A stretch of 48,265 bases of DNA from Nemertoderma westbladi (taxonomy: Eukaryota > Animalia > Xenacoelomorpha): assembly GCA_032718475.1 (NCBI GenBank), contig JAUCBJ010009138.1:1-48265 (forward strand), written 5' to 3'. A program made the translations under genes and the position numbers. The notes under the pieces are model-generated. The model was not told the DNA's origin. It made no database searches and saw nothing but the letters and a program-made list of their open reading frames with translations. Of the stretch, positions 36,303-48,265 are shown in pieces. The first letter of the stretch is position 1. Every line of letters starts with the position of its first letter.

Positions 36303-36625
36303 GACCTGGGAGCACGGGGAGCCGGCAATGGACTTTGCGGCAAGCACAATCCGACTGGGCGAGCAACCGGGGATGGCACCACGGGTAGTGTTTGGAGAAA
36401 CGATGCTGAGTGTGGAGGAGGACATCGATATGGGTAGGGAAGACAACGTCGAGATGTTTACCTACCAGCGGCTTCACAGACCCAGGAGCCCACGTGGAGC
36501 CAAGGACGACTTGGGGCGAGAGACAATGATACACGGTTACGATTTCTGTGGGAGATTAACCCATCAGCAAAAGAACTGTCTATTCGTTACCAGAAGGGGA
36601 CGGCGTGTCTTCACTTTACAAAATT

Positions 36626-37452
36626 GTGGCTGGCCACGAGAAAAGGGATCTTATGTCGCAAAACCTGATTCTGAGATAATCGCGTTTAAAGTTTCCCTCT
36701 ATTTTTGGACAAATTTAATTGGGTTATCAATTTAGAAATGTATAAAACGATGAGGGAAATTCAAATTGGTTCTGATATTCAATATACATAGGAAATAACT
36801 AATTACAGGAAGCAATATAAGATGTTGCAGTATTGTATATCCCACTGTTTTGGGGTTTTCATGTCTGAATTTAGGACTGAAATAAATTCTACTATGTAAT
36901 ATGTAGGTACTGTAGTAGGCCTACAGCTATTTTTTAAATGCAATATAGCTATCATTTTCTTAATTTCTCTTCGTTAGTTCTGAAATTTTGTAATCCCAAT
37001 AAAGAATTCAAAATACAAATAATTTTAAATTTTGCTAAAAAAATTTATCGTTTTGAAAAAATTTTAATTTTTTTTTGGTTACATGTTTTTTTGAAAATTT
37101 TGCAAAAAATTTTTTAAAATAGTTCATGAACAATATTAATAGTTTCAAAGTGTTAAAAGTTGTATAAAATGCCGAATAACATTGAGCTGCCTAACTATAT
37201 AGTAAGAATTGCTATGATATTATTAATATTTTCCATTTTTTTAATAATCGCTTATTATAACCGCTGCTATTAATAAAAATTTTTTTGCTACCCGATTCAC
37301 CTTCACATAAATCGCTATAACTTTTTTTTGGAAATAGATATTGAGACACCGTTTTTTTTGTTAAAATCTCTGGAAAATTCTGCATCTCATAGGCCTAATA
37401 ACTCAAAATCGACCTCCGGTGACATAAGGTCCCTTTTCTCGTGGCCAGCCAC
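36626..37452. mobile_element. Non-autonomous TIR DNA transposon (MITE) with AATT TSD
   Basis: ~32-bp TIR GTGGCTGGCCACGAGAAAAGGGA(T/C)CTTATGTC at both ends. AATT at 36622-36625 and 37453-37456. An AWWT target is compatible with Sola1, but the superfamily is unverified. Confidence 0.85.
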
Positions 37453-37776
37453 AATTGCTAATTATCATAAATATTGAAAACGATAATAGAAAAAGTGCGT
37501 GAAAAATATTATAAAAATTATAAGGCCTAAATAGTTCCTAAAGTAGCCCTATAGTTCCAAAAAATGGGGCATCAGAAAATAAAAATGGAAAATAACGGAG
37601 GAGTAGTCTTTTTAGTCAAATTTCTGACATCTCCAATTCACTGACATAGGGCGCGACGTATTTTTTGACGGTTCTCTTTTCGATGGTACTCTATTTCGTT
37701 TTCTATGCATATTTCAACCACATTGGAAAAGCTATTACGTTTCTTCATCTCCCTCAAATATCAAAGTCCATAATGC

Positions 37777-37905
37777 GGGGAGAGAGGGATAGAGAGAGGG
37801 GGAGAGAGGGGGAGAGGGAGAGAGAGAGGGGGAGAGAGGGTGAGGGGGAGAGGGAGAGAGATAGGGGGGGAGGGGGAGAGAGAGAGAGAGAGGGGGAGAG
37901 AGGGT
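37777..37905. repeat. GA-rich low-complexity tract (left half)
   Basis: GGGAGAGAGG-type repeats. Confidence 0.9.
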
Positions 37906-38113
37906 GGTTTTGATTGATTGATTGGTTTATTGTCCATAACAATATAAATAAACTTAAACCGAAATAGAAATTGAGAAACACCATACACCAAAAGCCATGT
38001 ATAGACCAGTTAAACATTAACATAATTATTGACAAGTTGTTCTGTAACAGAACATTACGTACTTAAAAAGAAAATCACATCATCATAAATTCAATACCGG
38101 ATATCTTATCGAG

Positions 38114-41100
38114 TTATAAATTTGCTTCTTTTGCTATTTTAAAAATAAATTTGGCAACAGCTACTTGGTCTGGTAGTGAGAATAGTTCAGTTAATGAACG
38201 CACAGGCGAGGGTAGTATATCCTCCCTAAACAAACGCGTTAGTCGACAGCTGATGAGAATGTGTTCCTCTGATTGTAGTTCACCACAGGCGCACTTGCGA
38301 TCCTCCAGTTTCACCTTTCTCCACCGCATAAACTCCACCGGTAGAGAGTGACTACCGATACGAAACCTGGACCACTCAATTCTCCAATGTTCAGGAATTA
38401 TCGCTTTCTTATATACGTCGCGAGGGTTTTTAATGTAGGGTTCATTAGTTCGTTTTGTTGTTGTAGATTTCGATATTCTGCTGGTTATTGCCTCAATATG
38501 GTTTCCTAAAAAACACGCATTTAGTTGTTTCAGCTTTTCTATTTCTTTAAACATTGGCGATGAAATACTTTGAGCAATTTTTAAAGCAGCATGCAAAGGT
38601 GACTCTGGAATTACATTAATCTTCTGAAAAAACTTCCTCTGAGTATTTTTAACAAAAGCTGGAAACTCTGGAAGATCCAACTCAGTTAGGCATAAATCTA
38701 GACAAGCTGACGGACTTACATCTAACATACGCCTCACCATAGAGTTGTATAGACTCGTAATCATATTAATGTCGCCCGTTATCCATGTCTCACATGCATA
38801 CGTGATTGATGATACAATTGCTGCGTCGAATACCATTTTCTTAATATTAACAGGTACATCTGGATTCTTTTGCAGATACGAATAGAACTTTAAGGAGTGA
38901 CTTTGTTTATTTTTTGCGTGTGAGATTATTGCACTGTTGACGTCACCATCGGCAGGTATTGGCGATCCTAGATAAACATAATTATCCGTGTGCTTTACTA
39001 CCGTATCATCTATTATGAGGTCAACTCTATCTTGAGCGATGCCGTTTATTACCATGAACTTAGTTTTAGTTTTTTTTATTTAAAACCATGCCCGAAATTT
39101 TACAGAAAGATAGTAACACGTGTAACTTCATCAGGGCCTGCTCGCAATCAGTAGCTAGGATTGCTGTATCGTCCATAAGTAGAATGCTGTGAAGATCTCT
39201 TAACCAACTGTCTAAAGGGAGAGCTTTCAATAATTTCACCAGTTCATTCATTAATAGTTTGAACAAATACCCACTTGAGAGAAGCCCCTGCCGAAGGCCT
39301 TTATTTGAATCAACTATAGTTGTACCAACAATGGATTTAGTTGAAGAATACATTGCTTGTAAAGCTTTTAACATAATCTTGCCACATCCTAAAATACATA
39401 ATAAATGAAAGATATAATTTCGTTTCACATTATCAAAGGCAGTCTTGAAATCCACAAATATAATAAATAGCTTTACTTTGGATATAAACGCATACTCTGA
39501 AATTAGCCGAAGTGCTAAAATTTGTTCAGTACAGCTACGTCCTTTTGTAGCGCCAGCCTGTTCTGATAATGGCTGCATCCAGCATTCCAATCTATCTGTT
39601 ATAGACATATCATAAAGCTTACATAGCGAATCAGATAAACTTATACCCCTGTAATTCGCACACAGCATACGGTCGCCACGTTTAAATGCTGACACTAATT
39701 TCACAAAAGACCAAATTATAGGATAGGCACCAGATTTAAAAATAGCAGTCATCATTAGAGTTAAAGTAACCAACCATTCCAAAGGTAGAGCCTTAATAAA
39801 TTCGGCTGCAATACCATCCGGACCACATGCTTTATTAGAATTCAGTTTCTTTGTATTTTTAACAATTTCATCAATCGATAGATCACTATCCAATAAAGGA
39901 ATTTCGACGGTGCTTATACACTCATCATCATCGACCGTTTTTTCATTCAATAAATCTGTGTAGTGACGATTAAAATCGTCATCACTAGGTCGTGTGACAT
40001 TATTATTAGAAGTACGTCCACCTTCAAAAGTGCCATTCCAATTTATTGCCCGCCATAACTGTCTTGAGTCGTTTTGGTCTAACAATTTCTGCCACATATT
40101 GTTATCAGATATACCTGCTAAAGTGTTCTGTATATTCGCCGAATTGCAGCATCTAGCGGCATTGTATAAGGTACTTGTGACATTATCACACATAAGATTA
40201 ATATCACCATCAGAATCCAATTGGTTGATAATTGGTGGTGTTACTGAGGCAATTGAGTTTTCAAATACAGATAACGTTGATCTATTAGGTTTAATACCTT
40301 TTTTACAATTAACACCGCTTATAATCGATTTAGATTGTGCTGTATGATTCTGAAAGCAGTAATTATTATTCAAGGACTCAGCCCCACGTAGTAGTTGACT
40401 ACCCGATATACCGGAACATTTAATTGTAACGCTAACAGGGCTATGGTTAGATGGCAAATCTTGATCAATCCAAGTGTTAAAGTTAGAAAAATTACTTAAT
40501 TCATCAGACATACTTGTGACCGGAGCAGCTACGAAGTCTAACAATGAACACCATTTATCCTTGATTTTAAAAGTTAGGTGGTTATCTAAAGTACCGCTAG
40601 GGGTAATTAACCCATTTAATAACACAACATTATTATCAATGCAAAGTTGTCTAAATATCTTTCCATTCTTATTCTGTGTGGAGTCGTCGGACAGAGAATG
40701 CTTGAAATAATGACTAGTATCGAGCGACGAACCAACTCTACTAATTAAAATCCCCGCCAAAAACAGTTACTGAATTAGATTTCAATTTACTTTGAATAGC
40801 GCTAAAGCTGCAAGGATCGTAATAGTTTGAAGAGCTCGGAGGTATGTAACAGCCAGCTATATAACCCTCACCAAGAAGCGAACATTTTAACCACAGCTGA
40901 TCTTCGGTCGAGTCATCAACTGAAGAGATATAATCAACTAGGTAGGGTTTAACAAATACTGCAATACCGCCTCGATGTGCACGGCCAGGAATCCGTAGAC
41001 TACGTTTAATAAGAATTAAACCTGGAATAGAGAAATTTAAACTAGTTTTTAGTTCACTTAAAAACACAATATCGAAGTTTAAGATAAATGTAAGAGTTTT

Positions 41101-41170
41101 TTCATTATTCAATTTGTTCTTTATACCATCAACATTCCACCAAAGTATCCTAATAAGATGATCTATACAT
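38114..41170 (-). pseudogene. LINE ORF2 (APE endonuclease plus RT) with frameshifts at ~40745 and ~39062
   Basis: WNVDGI, IVFLSE, GDFN and SNH (APE). GPDGI, NYRGISL, FVDFKTAFD, GLRQG, LLMDDT and YVYLG (RT). C-terminal CACG...EEH...C. Confidence 0.9.
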
Positions 41171-41268
41171 GGCTGTCCTAGAAAAACTGTTTGGGCTCAC
41201 GGTATAAGACAGCGTCACCACGCTTAACTGAACGGGATCTCCAGTCAATCGAGATTACAAATCCTGCA

Positions 41269-42111
41269 TTATCTGGTTTTTTTCCGCTCGTCTTCTAGCA
41301 CCTTTACCAGACATCGATTGGATTCAAGTTGATGCTCGTTTAGATCTCTGCGCAAGAAAACCTTACTGAACTTCATATTCATAAGATTTTTACCACCGGT
41401 GATTATTTTGTCTCTCGAATTCTTGGAGTCAACTGTTACCAATAAAGGACGAGGTCGAGGCTCATCTTCGGATGTTTGCCCATTAACGTTTAAAGGTGGT
41501 TTTCCAAGACGCTTAACAGCAATCAACACGGGTACATTAACTGCAGCCAAATCGGATTCTTGATGGTTTGTGGCAATCTTTATGATTTCTAAACAATTAT
41601 CGCTATCTTCCTCGCTGTAAGCACCTTCTTTTAAGCCACGGACAATTAGGTTTTTTGAACGACATTCTGAGTCAATACCGTCAAGCTGACGTTGGTGTAG
41701 TAGTACAGCTTTCTTAGTTGAATCAAGATCATTTCTTAGATGATTGTTATCTTTACGCAAGTTACTGACCTCATCTTCCAAGGTACCAACTTTTACACGT
41801 AACGCTCCGATTTCATCCAACTGTTTCCTAATATCAGTAATATCTTCTTTAACGCTAGAAAGTTCGCTGCGAACAGAATCTTTCACTGCAAGTTTAATAT
41901 CATTTATATCGAGGGATGGCTGGGCGGAAGTACTACCGGTACCACATAAGCATTGTGAAGTTGGTGGCAAGGCGAGTAGAGCAGAATTCTGATCGAGCAA
42001 ACCCGCTGAATCGAGTGCATCATACAGACGTTCTTTTGTGACTTTACTCATGATATGCTGCTTAGACATTCCAGCAAGCTCATCCAGCGAAAGAGTTTTT
42101 GAGGAGTTCAT
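41269..42111 (-). CDS. LINE ORF1 (coiled coil plus RRM-like), C-terminus probably frameshifted
   Basis: Heptad region followed by KNLIVRGLKE...RLGK...PRPLLV...FLRRDL. Confidence 0.85.
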   Translation of the reverse strand: MNSSKTLSLDELAGMSKQHIMSKVTKERLYDALDSAGLLDQNSALLALPPTSQCLCGTGSTSAQPSLDINDIKLAVKDSVRSELSSVKEDITDIRKQLDEIGALRVKVGTLEDEVSNLRKDNNHLRNDLDSTKKAVLLHQRQLDGIDSECRSKNLIVRGLKEGAYSEEDSDNCLEIIKIATNHQESDLAAVNVPVLIAVKRLGKPPLNVNGQTSEDEPRPRPLLVTVDSKNSRDKIITGGKNLMNMKFSKVFLRRDLNEHQLESNRCLVKVLEDERKKTR

Positions 42112-42203
42112 TGTCTTTTCCGTAATACGGTATAATTATTAATTATTGCATATATTTCAGAATTTATCCGGTATTAACAAATACAAAAAAGGCGGACATA
42201 CCG

Positions 42204-42395
42204 TGAGGGGGAGAGGGAGAGAGAGAGGGGGAGAGAGGGTGAGGGGGAGAGGGAGAGAGAGAGGGGGAGAGAGGGTGAGGGGGGAGGGGGAGAGAGAGAG
42301 GGAGAGAGGGTGAGGGGGGGGGGGGGAGAGATGGGGAGAGAGGGTGAGGGGGAGAGGGAGAGAGAGAGAGGGAGGATATAGATGGTGAGGGGGAA
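42204..42395. repeat. GA-rich low-complexity tract (right half)
   Basis: Same GGGTGAGGGGGAGAG motif as 37777-37905. Confidence 0.9.
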
Positions 42396-43845
42396 TTGTC
42401 GAAATCCCATATCATATCATATAGATAATATCTCATTGGTAAAAATGATATATTAACTACTGTAGTAATTAACGGAAATGAGCAGGTTGCAGTAACCAAA
42501 ACAATACCAAACGAAAGTCAATAGAACAGGATACGCTTTAGTTTCAACCAATCAGCTGCTATTTGCGTCAATTTTCCTTTGGGGAAGGATTTGATTACGT
42601 CAAGGGTCCCTCTTTTATACAGATAGAGAAATACTGTGTATTGCTGTTATACTATACGAAAAAGCGATACTGTAATACTGTTACATCCCGTATCTTTTGC
42701 AAGCAAGACAGCATTCTATACTTCTTCCTGTTCTCCCATTCTGACCAATCATATCCATTACTTAATTCCATTGATTTTGCTTCGGATATCTGAATCACAG
42801 GAACTATCCTTGATGTTTGTTTCCTCGCTATTCCGCAATAACCATTTATTTAATTTGTCTTACAGTAGATAAGTAAAGATGGATTATAATCAATAATGAT
42901 TTATTTATTTATAACTATTTTATTAAATACCGATCGAATACAAAATAAATAGGCCGAATATGCCATTAATACGCAATTTTTCAAATATCCTTAACGCATT
43001 CAATAAACGTGACAGATTAACAGAACAGGGGGGGGGGGGGGGGGGGGCTGGACGCTATAAAAATTCATCCCTCTCCAGGGGAAATTGGATGCAAAAAGCC
43101 TATAAAAAATCTAAAAAGCGTATATAAAATGAATAAAAAATTTAAATTCTAGCTCCATGTGGACATCGACGGTGAGTTGAATGGTTGTGTTTCAAATTGC
43201 AGTCACTATGATAAAGATTTGGCGACAAATATTGAGGGGGTTCGTGTTACCAGCAAATGACTCTCAATTTAAGGGGGGAGGGGGGGGGGGGGTACCCCCT
43301 CCTTTGGTGAAATTTTAGTTGGCTTGATTGCTTGTTTTTTCGTGGACCAGGGTCCACATTCACAATTACAAAAAAATTTCTCGAATTTTATATTTGAGTT
43401 CTACAATTGTCATCAACATCCAAAAAACGAGATATACCGCAAATAAATTTATTTTAGTTAGTCATTAAAACTTTTAAAAATTTTAGAACAAAAATACTGG
43501 AGATGGGTGTCAGAAAGTTAACAGGGAACGAAAATTAAGATAGATAAATAGATAGATAAATAAAATTAAGATTAAGATAAGACTGTTTTGGCAAATACAA
43601 ATAATTAAATTAATTACAAATAATTATTAGATTTTGAATTCAACGGAATACAAGTTGACAGAATACACAGATTTAATATAATTCACAGATAGACGGTATC
43701 GACATAAAGGAAACAATAAATCAACACTTAGTTTTTAATCTCAAATCAATCCAAGTAAAGATATATGGTTTTGGGAATTACTGTTATTGACAGATGTTGA
43801 CATAGACGGTGTTGGCAAAATAAGGACTTCATAATTACGTCTTAA

Positions 43846-45391
43846 CCCTATTAAACCCGGGGAGGGGGGTCAATATGACCCTCCCCGTGGTTTTTTTATG
43901 ATAATTCTGAAACAAACGCAGTTGGGAATCTGAAATTTTATGACTTTTCCTAAAAACCTTTTGTCTTCCTAGTAGTGAAAACCGTTTTCAAAAATATTGG
44001 GTAGTTTTCGAGTTATAGCACCATTTTTTAACCCTACTTTTGGCACTTTTTTTTGAGACGTTTTTTGAAAATTACATTTCATTAAATATTAATTGCAACA
44101 TCTCTATTTTTGATTTACACCGGTTTTTTAGTGTTAGCAATTGGATGTAATTCATATAAATTGATTTAGAAATTTCCAACTTGTTTTTTTCGGCGGGTGC
44201 CAAATTTTGGTGCCAGCACCAAATTTTGAAATATGTCAATTTTGTAAATTGATTGTTTGAAACTTGTTTTTTACGCAATTGGGGTTTTTTGGGGTTCTGG
44301 TTTCGATGAAATATATACGAGTTGCACCAAGCGTATCAAACTTGTATTTTTCGGTGCTGTGTGCAAATTTTGGTGCTAGCACGAAATTTTGAAAATCCAT
44401 TCAATAGATAAATTGCTTGTGACAATTTATTTCTTGCATTTTAGAGGTTTATGGCTGTCCTGAATTCAATGGAATATATAATTATCGAACTAGACATCTC
44501 AAACTTGTATTTTTCGGAAGTGGGTGCAAAATATAGTGCTAGCACCAAATTTTGAAAACCACCAAATATATCAATTGATTGTGTCATCTTGTTTCTTGCG
44601 TTATACGGGTTTGTTAGGGTTCTGAATTCAATGGAATCAGTAAAAATTTCATAAGAGTTTTCAAACTTGTATTTTTCGCCGGTGGGTGAAAATTGTTGTT
44701 TTGCACCAAATTTTGGAAAATGAGTAAATTGATCAGAAGATAGTATCATCTTGTTTCTTGCTTTATACGGGTTTATGAGGGTCCTGAATCCGATGGAATC
44801 AATAAAAACAGCACTGGACATCGCATACTTGTACTTTTTGGTGGTGGGTACGAAATTTGGTGCTAGCACCAAAATTTGCCAAATTACGCCGAAAAATACA
44901 AGTAGCAATGATCTGGCATATTAGAAATGTATTCCATTAGAATCAGCGCCCTCGAAAACCTGAAAATGTGAATTTATAGCTTTGTATAAGTGATTTAAAA
45001 ATTTTGTGTTCTAACTGAAAAGTGCTGGTTACTTGTTTTTTTCCTGTTTTTCCTACGCAGAGAGGACTAAACAGCCATTTATAGTAATCATATCATTTTT
45101 AAATATTTTCCATATTTTCCAATGTATTTTGCGCCCCCGAAAACCTGTATTGAAAAACAATTAGCCGCAAAAATGTAACTTTCAAATTTTGTGAAATTGG
45201 TGCACTACTTGTAATTTTGGTGCTGCAATATTACCACCCCAGTACATGTTTCCGAAAATTTTTTTTTCGGTCGGATCGAGATTAGTGATACCTACGTACA
45301 AACAAAAAAAACGGTTTCGTCAATATTTGTAGATTTTAGACTTTAGATTTGTAGGTATTTGTACAGCATTTTATAGCCCGGTAACTAAGGG
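43846..45391. mobile_element. Non-autonomous piggyBac-like element with internal ~162-bp tandem repeats
   Basis: TTAA|CCCT...AGGG|TTAA with imperfect TIRs (CCCTATTAAACCCGGG / CCCTTAGTTACCGGG). About 5 diverged units at 44140-44885. Confidence 0.65.
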
Positions 45392-46087
45392 TTAAGACTT
45401 GGCTAGAAAGATGTGCCTCGTTTTTCTGATTCCAAATATACATATGTCATACATATGTATGCATATGTCATTTTTCAAAAAAATTGAGTTAGACGGTTTT
45501 GGCATGTAAGGGCCGCCCCCCCCCCTTATCTAAATATATTTAATATTAACTTTTGATCTCGATGCCGACCACTTCACCTGTTTACTTTTGAATTAGAAGT
45601 TAATCGTAACAAGTTATAGCAAATTTGAGGTAGATTTTTCACCATTGTCTAATTAAATAATTCTAGCTATACTATATACTATGTAGCTATACTTTGTGAG
45701 TTGATATTCCAGAACGTTAATCAAATAATCAATTAAAAAATTTGATTAAACTAGCTACTTGAGCAAAATATCTTTCTACCACGGCCTACTTCCACTGAAT
45801 CCTTTATAGTCAGGTGGCTTAGGGGAAAAATCACGACAAAGGTGAGGAAAGCACCATTTTTTCACTATATATGTAAAATTTTACGAAGAATCCATTTCGA
45901 AGGGTATCCAAAGCTGTAGTTGAATGGATGACATTGATATCGATGCGTTGAGTGAACTTAAAATTATAATTTTTTCTTACAGTAAACAATTTTTGGTAAT
46001 AACGTACAAAATGGACTTACGAATTAAAATTTTTTTATATTTAACTCGTAGATGACATTGCCGACATTTGAAGTACTACATTAAAAC

Positions 46088-46129
46088 ACTTCCATTCACT
46101 ACTACTAGGATCGAACTACTTCCATTCAC
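46088..46129 (-). mobile_element. Ultra-short RTE insertion (18 bp) with 12-bp TSD
   Basis: ACTTCCATTCAC flanks TACTACTAGGATCGAACT, whose first 14 nt match the RTE 3' terminus at ~46397-46410. Confidence 0.7.
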
Positions 46130-46382
46130 AGTCAAATCTTGATATTATTTCTTAAAACTTGTAGCATTATGTTGTTCAATCTATTATTGATTAATTTCGT
46201 TAACAAACATTTTATAAATAATGAAGACTTCCCTGTATAATATTATAAAATACATTCGATGTAAAGAACATCATCAACGAAATTAGAGACTTTGAACGAG
46301 ACGATTAGAGACTCATGAACGGGGAAAAAGTCAGACCCAACATGGACCTGCTGCCATGACCATCTCCTGGCAAGCATTACGC

Positions 46383-46789
46383 ACTACTACTACTACTACT
46401 ACTAGGATCGGCATGCTGCATTGCAGCTGCATTTTTAAGAATGCTGTGCCGGCTTGTCAAAAAAATTGCACCGCCACAACTCCCTATCACCCATGACATT
46501 TGCTAGATCATCCGCATCTTTAAGGCCAGTGTCCTTTAAGATGCGTCTCAAGAAAGTCATGGGCTGTCCACCATGCTTATTCACTCCATGAGGCTGCCAA
46601 AGTACAAGATTATGCACTGGCTGGTCATCACGGCGAAAGCAATGTCCTGCAAAGCGGAGGCGATTTTGTTCTAGTGTCAAGCTTGGGGGAACCAATGAGA
46701 CACCTCCAATGTTATATAGTGTCTGGTTGGAGATGTGTGCATTGTACTTGACACAATGTACCCGGCGTAGCATTCTTGTGAATGTCACA
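46383..46789 (-). mobile_element. RTE LINE 3' end (about 400 bp) with (TAG)n tail
   Basis: TFTRMLRRV...RLRFAGHCFRR...DRELWR, stop at 46435, then the tail. Confidence 0.9.
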
Positions 46790-48265
46790 TCCCAGGCATG
46801 GAAATCGATCAATCTGCTTACTGGGCGGAAAAGCCAACCAACCACCAAGGTTAAGGCTGAATCACCAGCCGATCGCCTCAATGGTTGGAAAGCCCACTTT
46901 GAAAAGCTCCTCAATAATGACAGGGTATTGCCTGATAACTTTATAGAAGTAAAAGTGTCTGAGTCTGTACTCCCAGATATTCCCATTGGCGATATCTCCT
47001 TTGCAGAAGTGAAGGCTGCTGCAAAGAGCATTAAGACCAATCGTGCCAGTGGAGTAGATGGTGTTCCCCCTGAGGTCTTTAAAATACCTGAGTGTTTAAA
47101 GCTCATCTATCCCATCATAGTAGACATGTACCGTACAACAAGAGTCCCACAAGAAATGAAAACAAATAAGTTGGTGCCAGTTCCCAAGAAGGGCAACCTA
47201 ACACTCTATGGTTCTTTTCGGGGAATCTCATTGATCTCGATTGCTGCAAAACTATACAATAGAATTCTATTAAATCGCATCAGGGATCCCATTGAGAGAC
47301 TGCTACGTGGAAATCAGAATGGGTTCCGTAAAGGTCGTGGGACCATGGAGCCCATTTTGGCACTTAGAAGGATAATTGAAGAGTTATCAAAAAAGAAAGA
47401 CAGGCATCTGGCTGTTATCTTTGTTGACTTCTTCAAGGCCTTTGATTCAGTCTCTCGCTCACGTATGTTCAGCATACTTTCATTATATGGGATTCCTGAT
47501 GAAATTATTGCAGCAATCAGATCAGTATACGATGGTTCGAAAACATTCGTGTCTACTGTTGACGGTGACACAGAACCATTTGAAGTGTTATGGGGCGTCC
47601 TCCAAGGAGACACACTTGCACCATTCTTGTTCATTATTGTGGTTGACTATGTTCTACGCATGTCCTTAGATCATCATAATGATGATGGGGTGATGATAAC
47701 TCCACCTACTGGCTCCAGAAGTCGAGGAAATCCTGCCAAGTACCTAACTGATCTAGACTTTGCTGATGACTTAGGAGTACTCTCAGAATCATTAGAGGGA
47801 GCCCAGCGGCTCCTCAGCTCATTAGAACATGCTGCTTCTAGTGTTGGTCTTTTTATTAACTCCAGAAAGACCAAAATTCTGACAGTTAACTTTGAAAATC
47901 CTCAGCAAGTCTCTGATCGGATGAGCATAAGCTCAAAGGATGGTATGCTTGAGCATGTGGACGACTTCTGTTACCTGGGATCATGGATCCGGAAGTCAGG
48001 TGAGGACCTTCGAATACGTAAGGGAAAGGCATGGGCAGCCTTGAATAGGCTTTCCAGGATTTGGAAGTCACCTAGAATTAATCGGAAACTTAAGGTCCGA
48101 TTATTTAGAGCAGCAGTAGTTCCAGTACTCCTCTACGGGAGTCCATGCTGGGCTCTAACTGCTGAGGACACCAAATCTCTGGATGGCACATTCACAAGAA
48201 TGCTACGCCGGGTACATTGTGTCAAGTACAATGCACACATCTCCAACCAGACACTATATAACATT
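46790..48265 (+). CDS. RTE LINE reverse transcriptase, 5'-truncated, apparently open to the window end
   Basis: SQAWKSINLLTG...GVDGVP...FRGISL...NQNGFR...FVDFFKAFD...GVLQGDTLAP...LDFADDL...FCYLGS. Confidence 0.92.

Larger units (their letters stand above)
37911..42203 (-). mobile_element. Near full-length L2/CR1-group (possibly Daphne-like) LINE
   Basis: ORF1 plus APE-RT ORF2. The 3' end is AATAAA followed by (CAAT)n at ~37911-37932. Confidence 0.9.

Noticed and set aside
37665-38035. ER/SL-rich ORFs here and at 42164-42499
   Set aside because: They are translations of GA microsatellite.
46435-47106. 223-aa minus-strand ORF as a gene
   Set aside because: It is chimeric: antisense of the RT copy fused to the true RTE C-terminus across the inversion junction.

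Overview
AT-rich, repeat-dense eukaryotic (probably invertebrate) scaffold with a 100-N gap at 28882-28981. The left 18 kb holds two distantly related BEL/Pao LTR retrotransposons. Element A is rearranged (1-~4900). Element B has both ends intact (7304-18190, CGCAG target-site duplication) but has lost RT by internal deletion. Both carry an extra ORF upstream of the 3' LTR (after integrase in B) encoding a DEDDy (WRN/EXD2/MUT-7-like) 3'-5' exonuclease fold plus CCHC zinc knuckles. Element B has no tRNA PBS: the PBS position is perfectly complementary (12 nt) to a TATA/Inr-like site in its own LTR, suggesting Tf1-style self-priming. It also carries repeated structured-RNA motifs (k-turn/UUCG hairpins and a dispersed GNRA hairpin). 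The middle holds four exons of a two-domain beta/gamma-crystallin-family gene with Ca2+-binding fingerprints, an 82-bp satellite in an intron, and a >8-kb 23-bp satellite that starts at the gene's last codons and stop. The right 14 kb holds RTE-clade LINE pieces (including a head-to-head pair), a near full-length L2/CR1-group LINE inside a GA-rich tract, and two non-autonomous TIR elements. All calls are by eye and no database searches were run.
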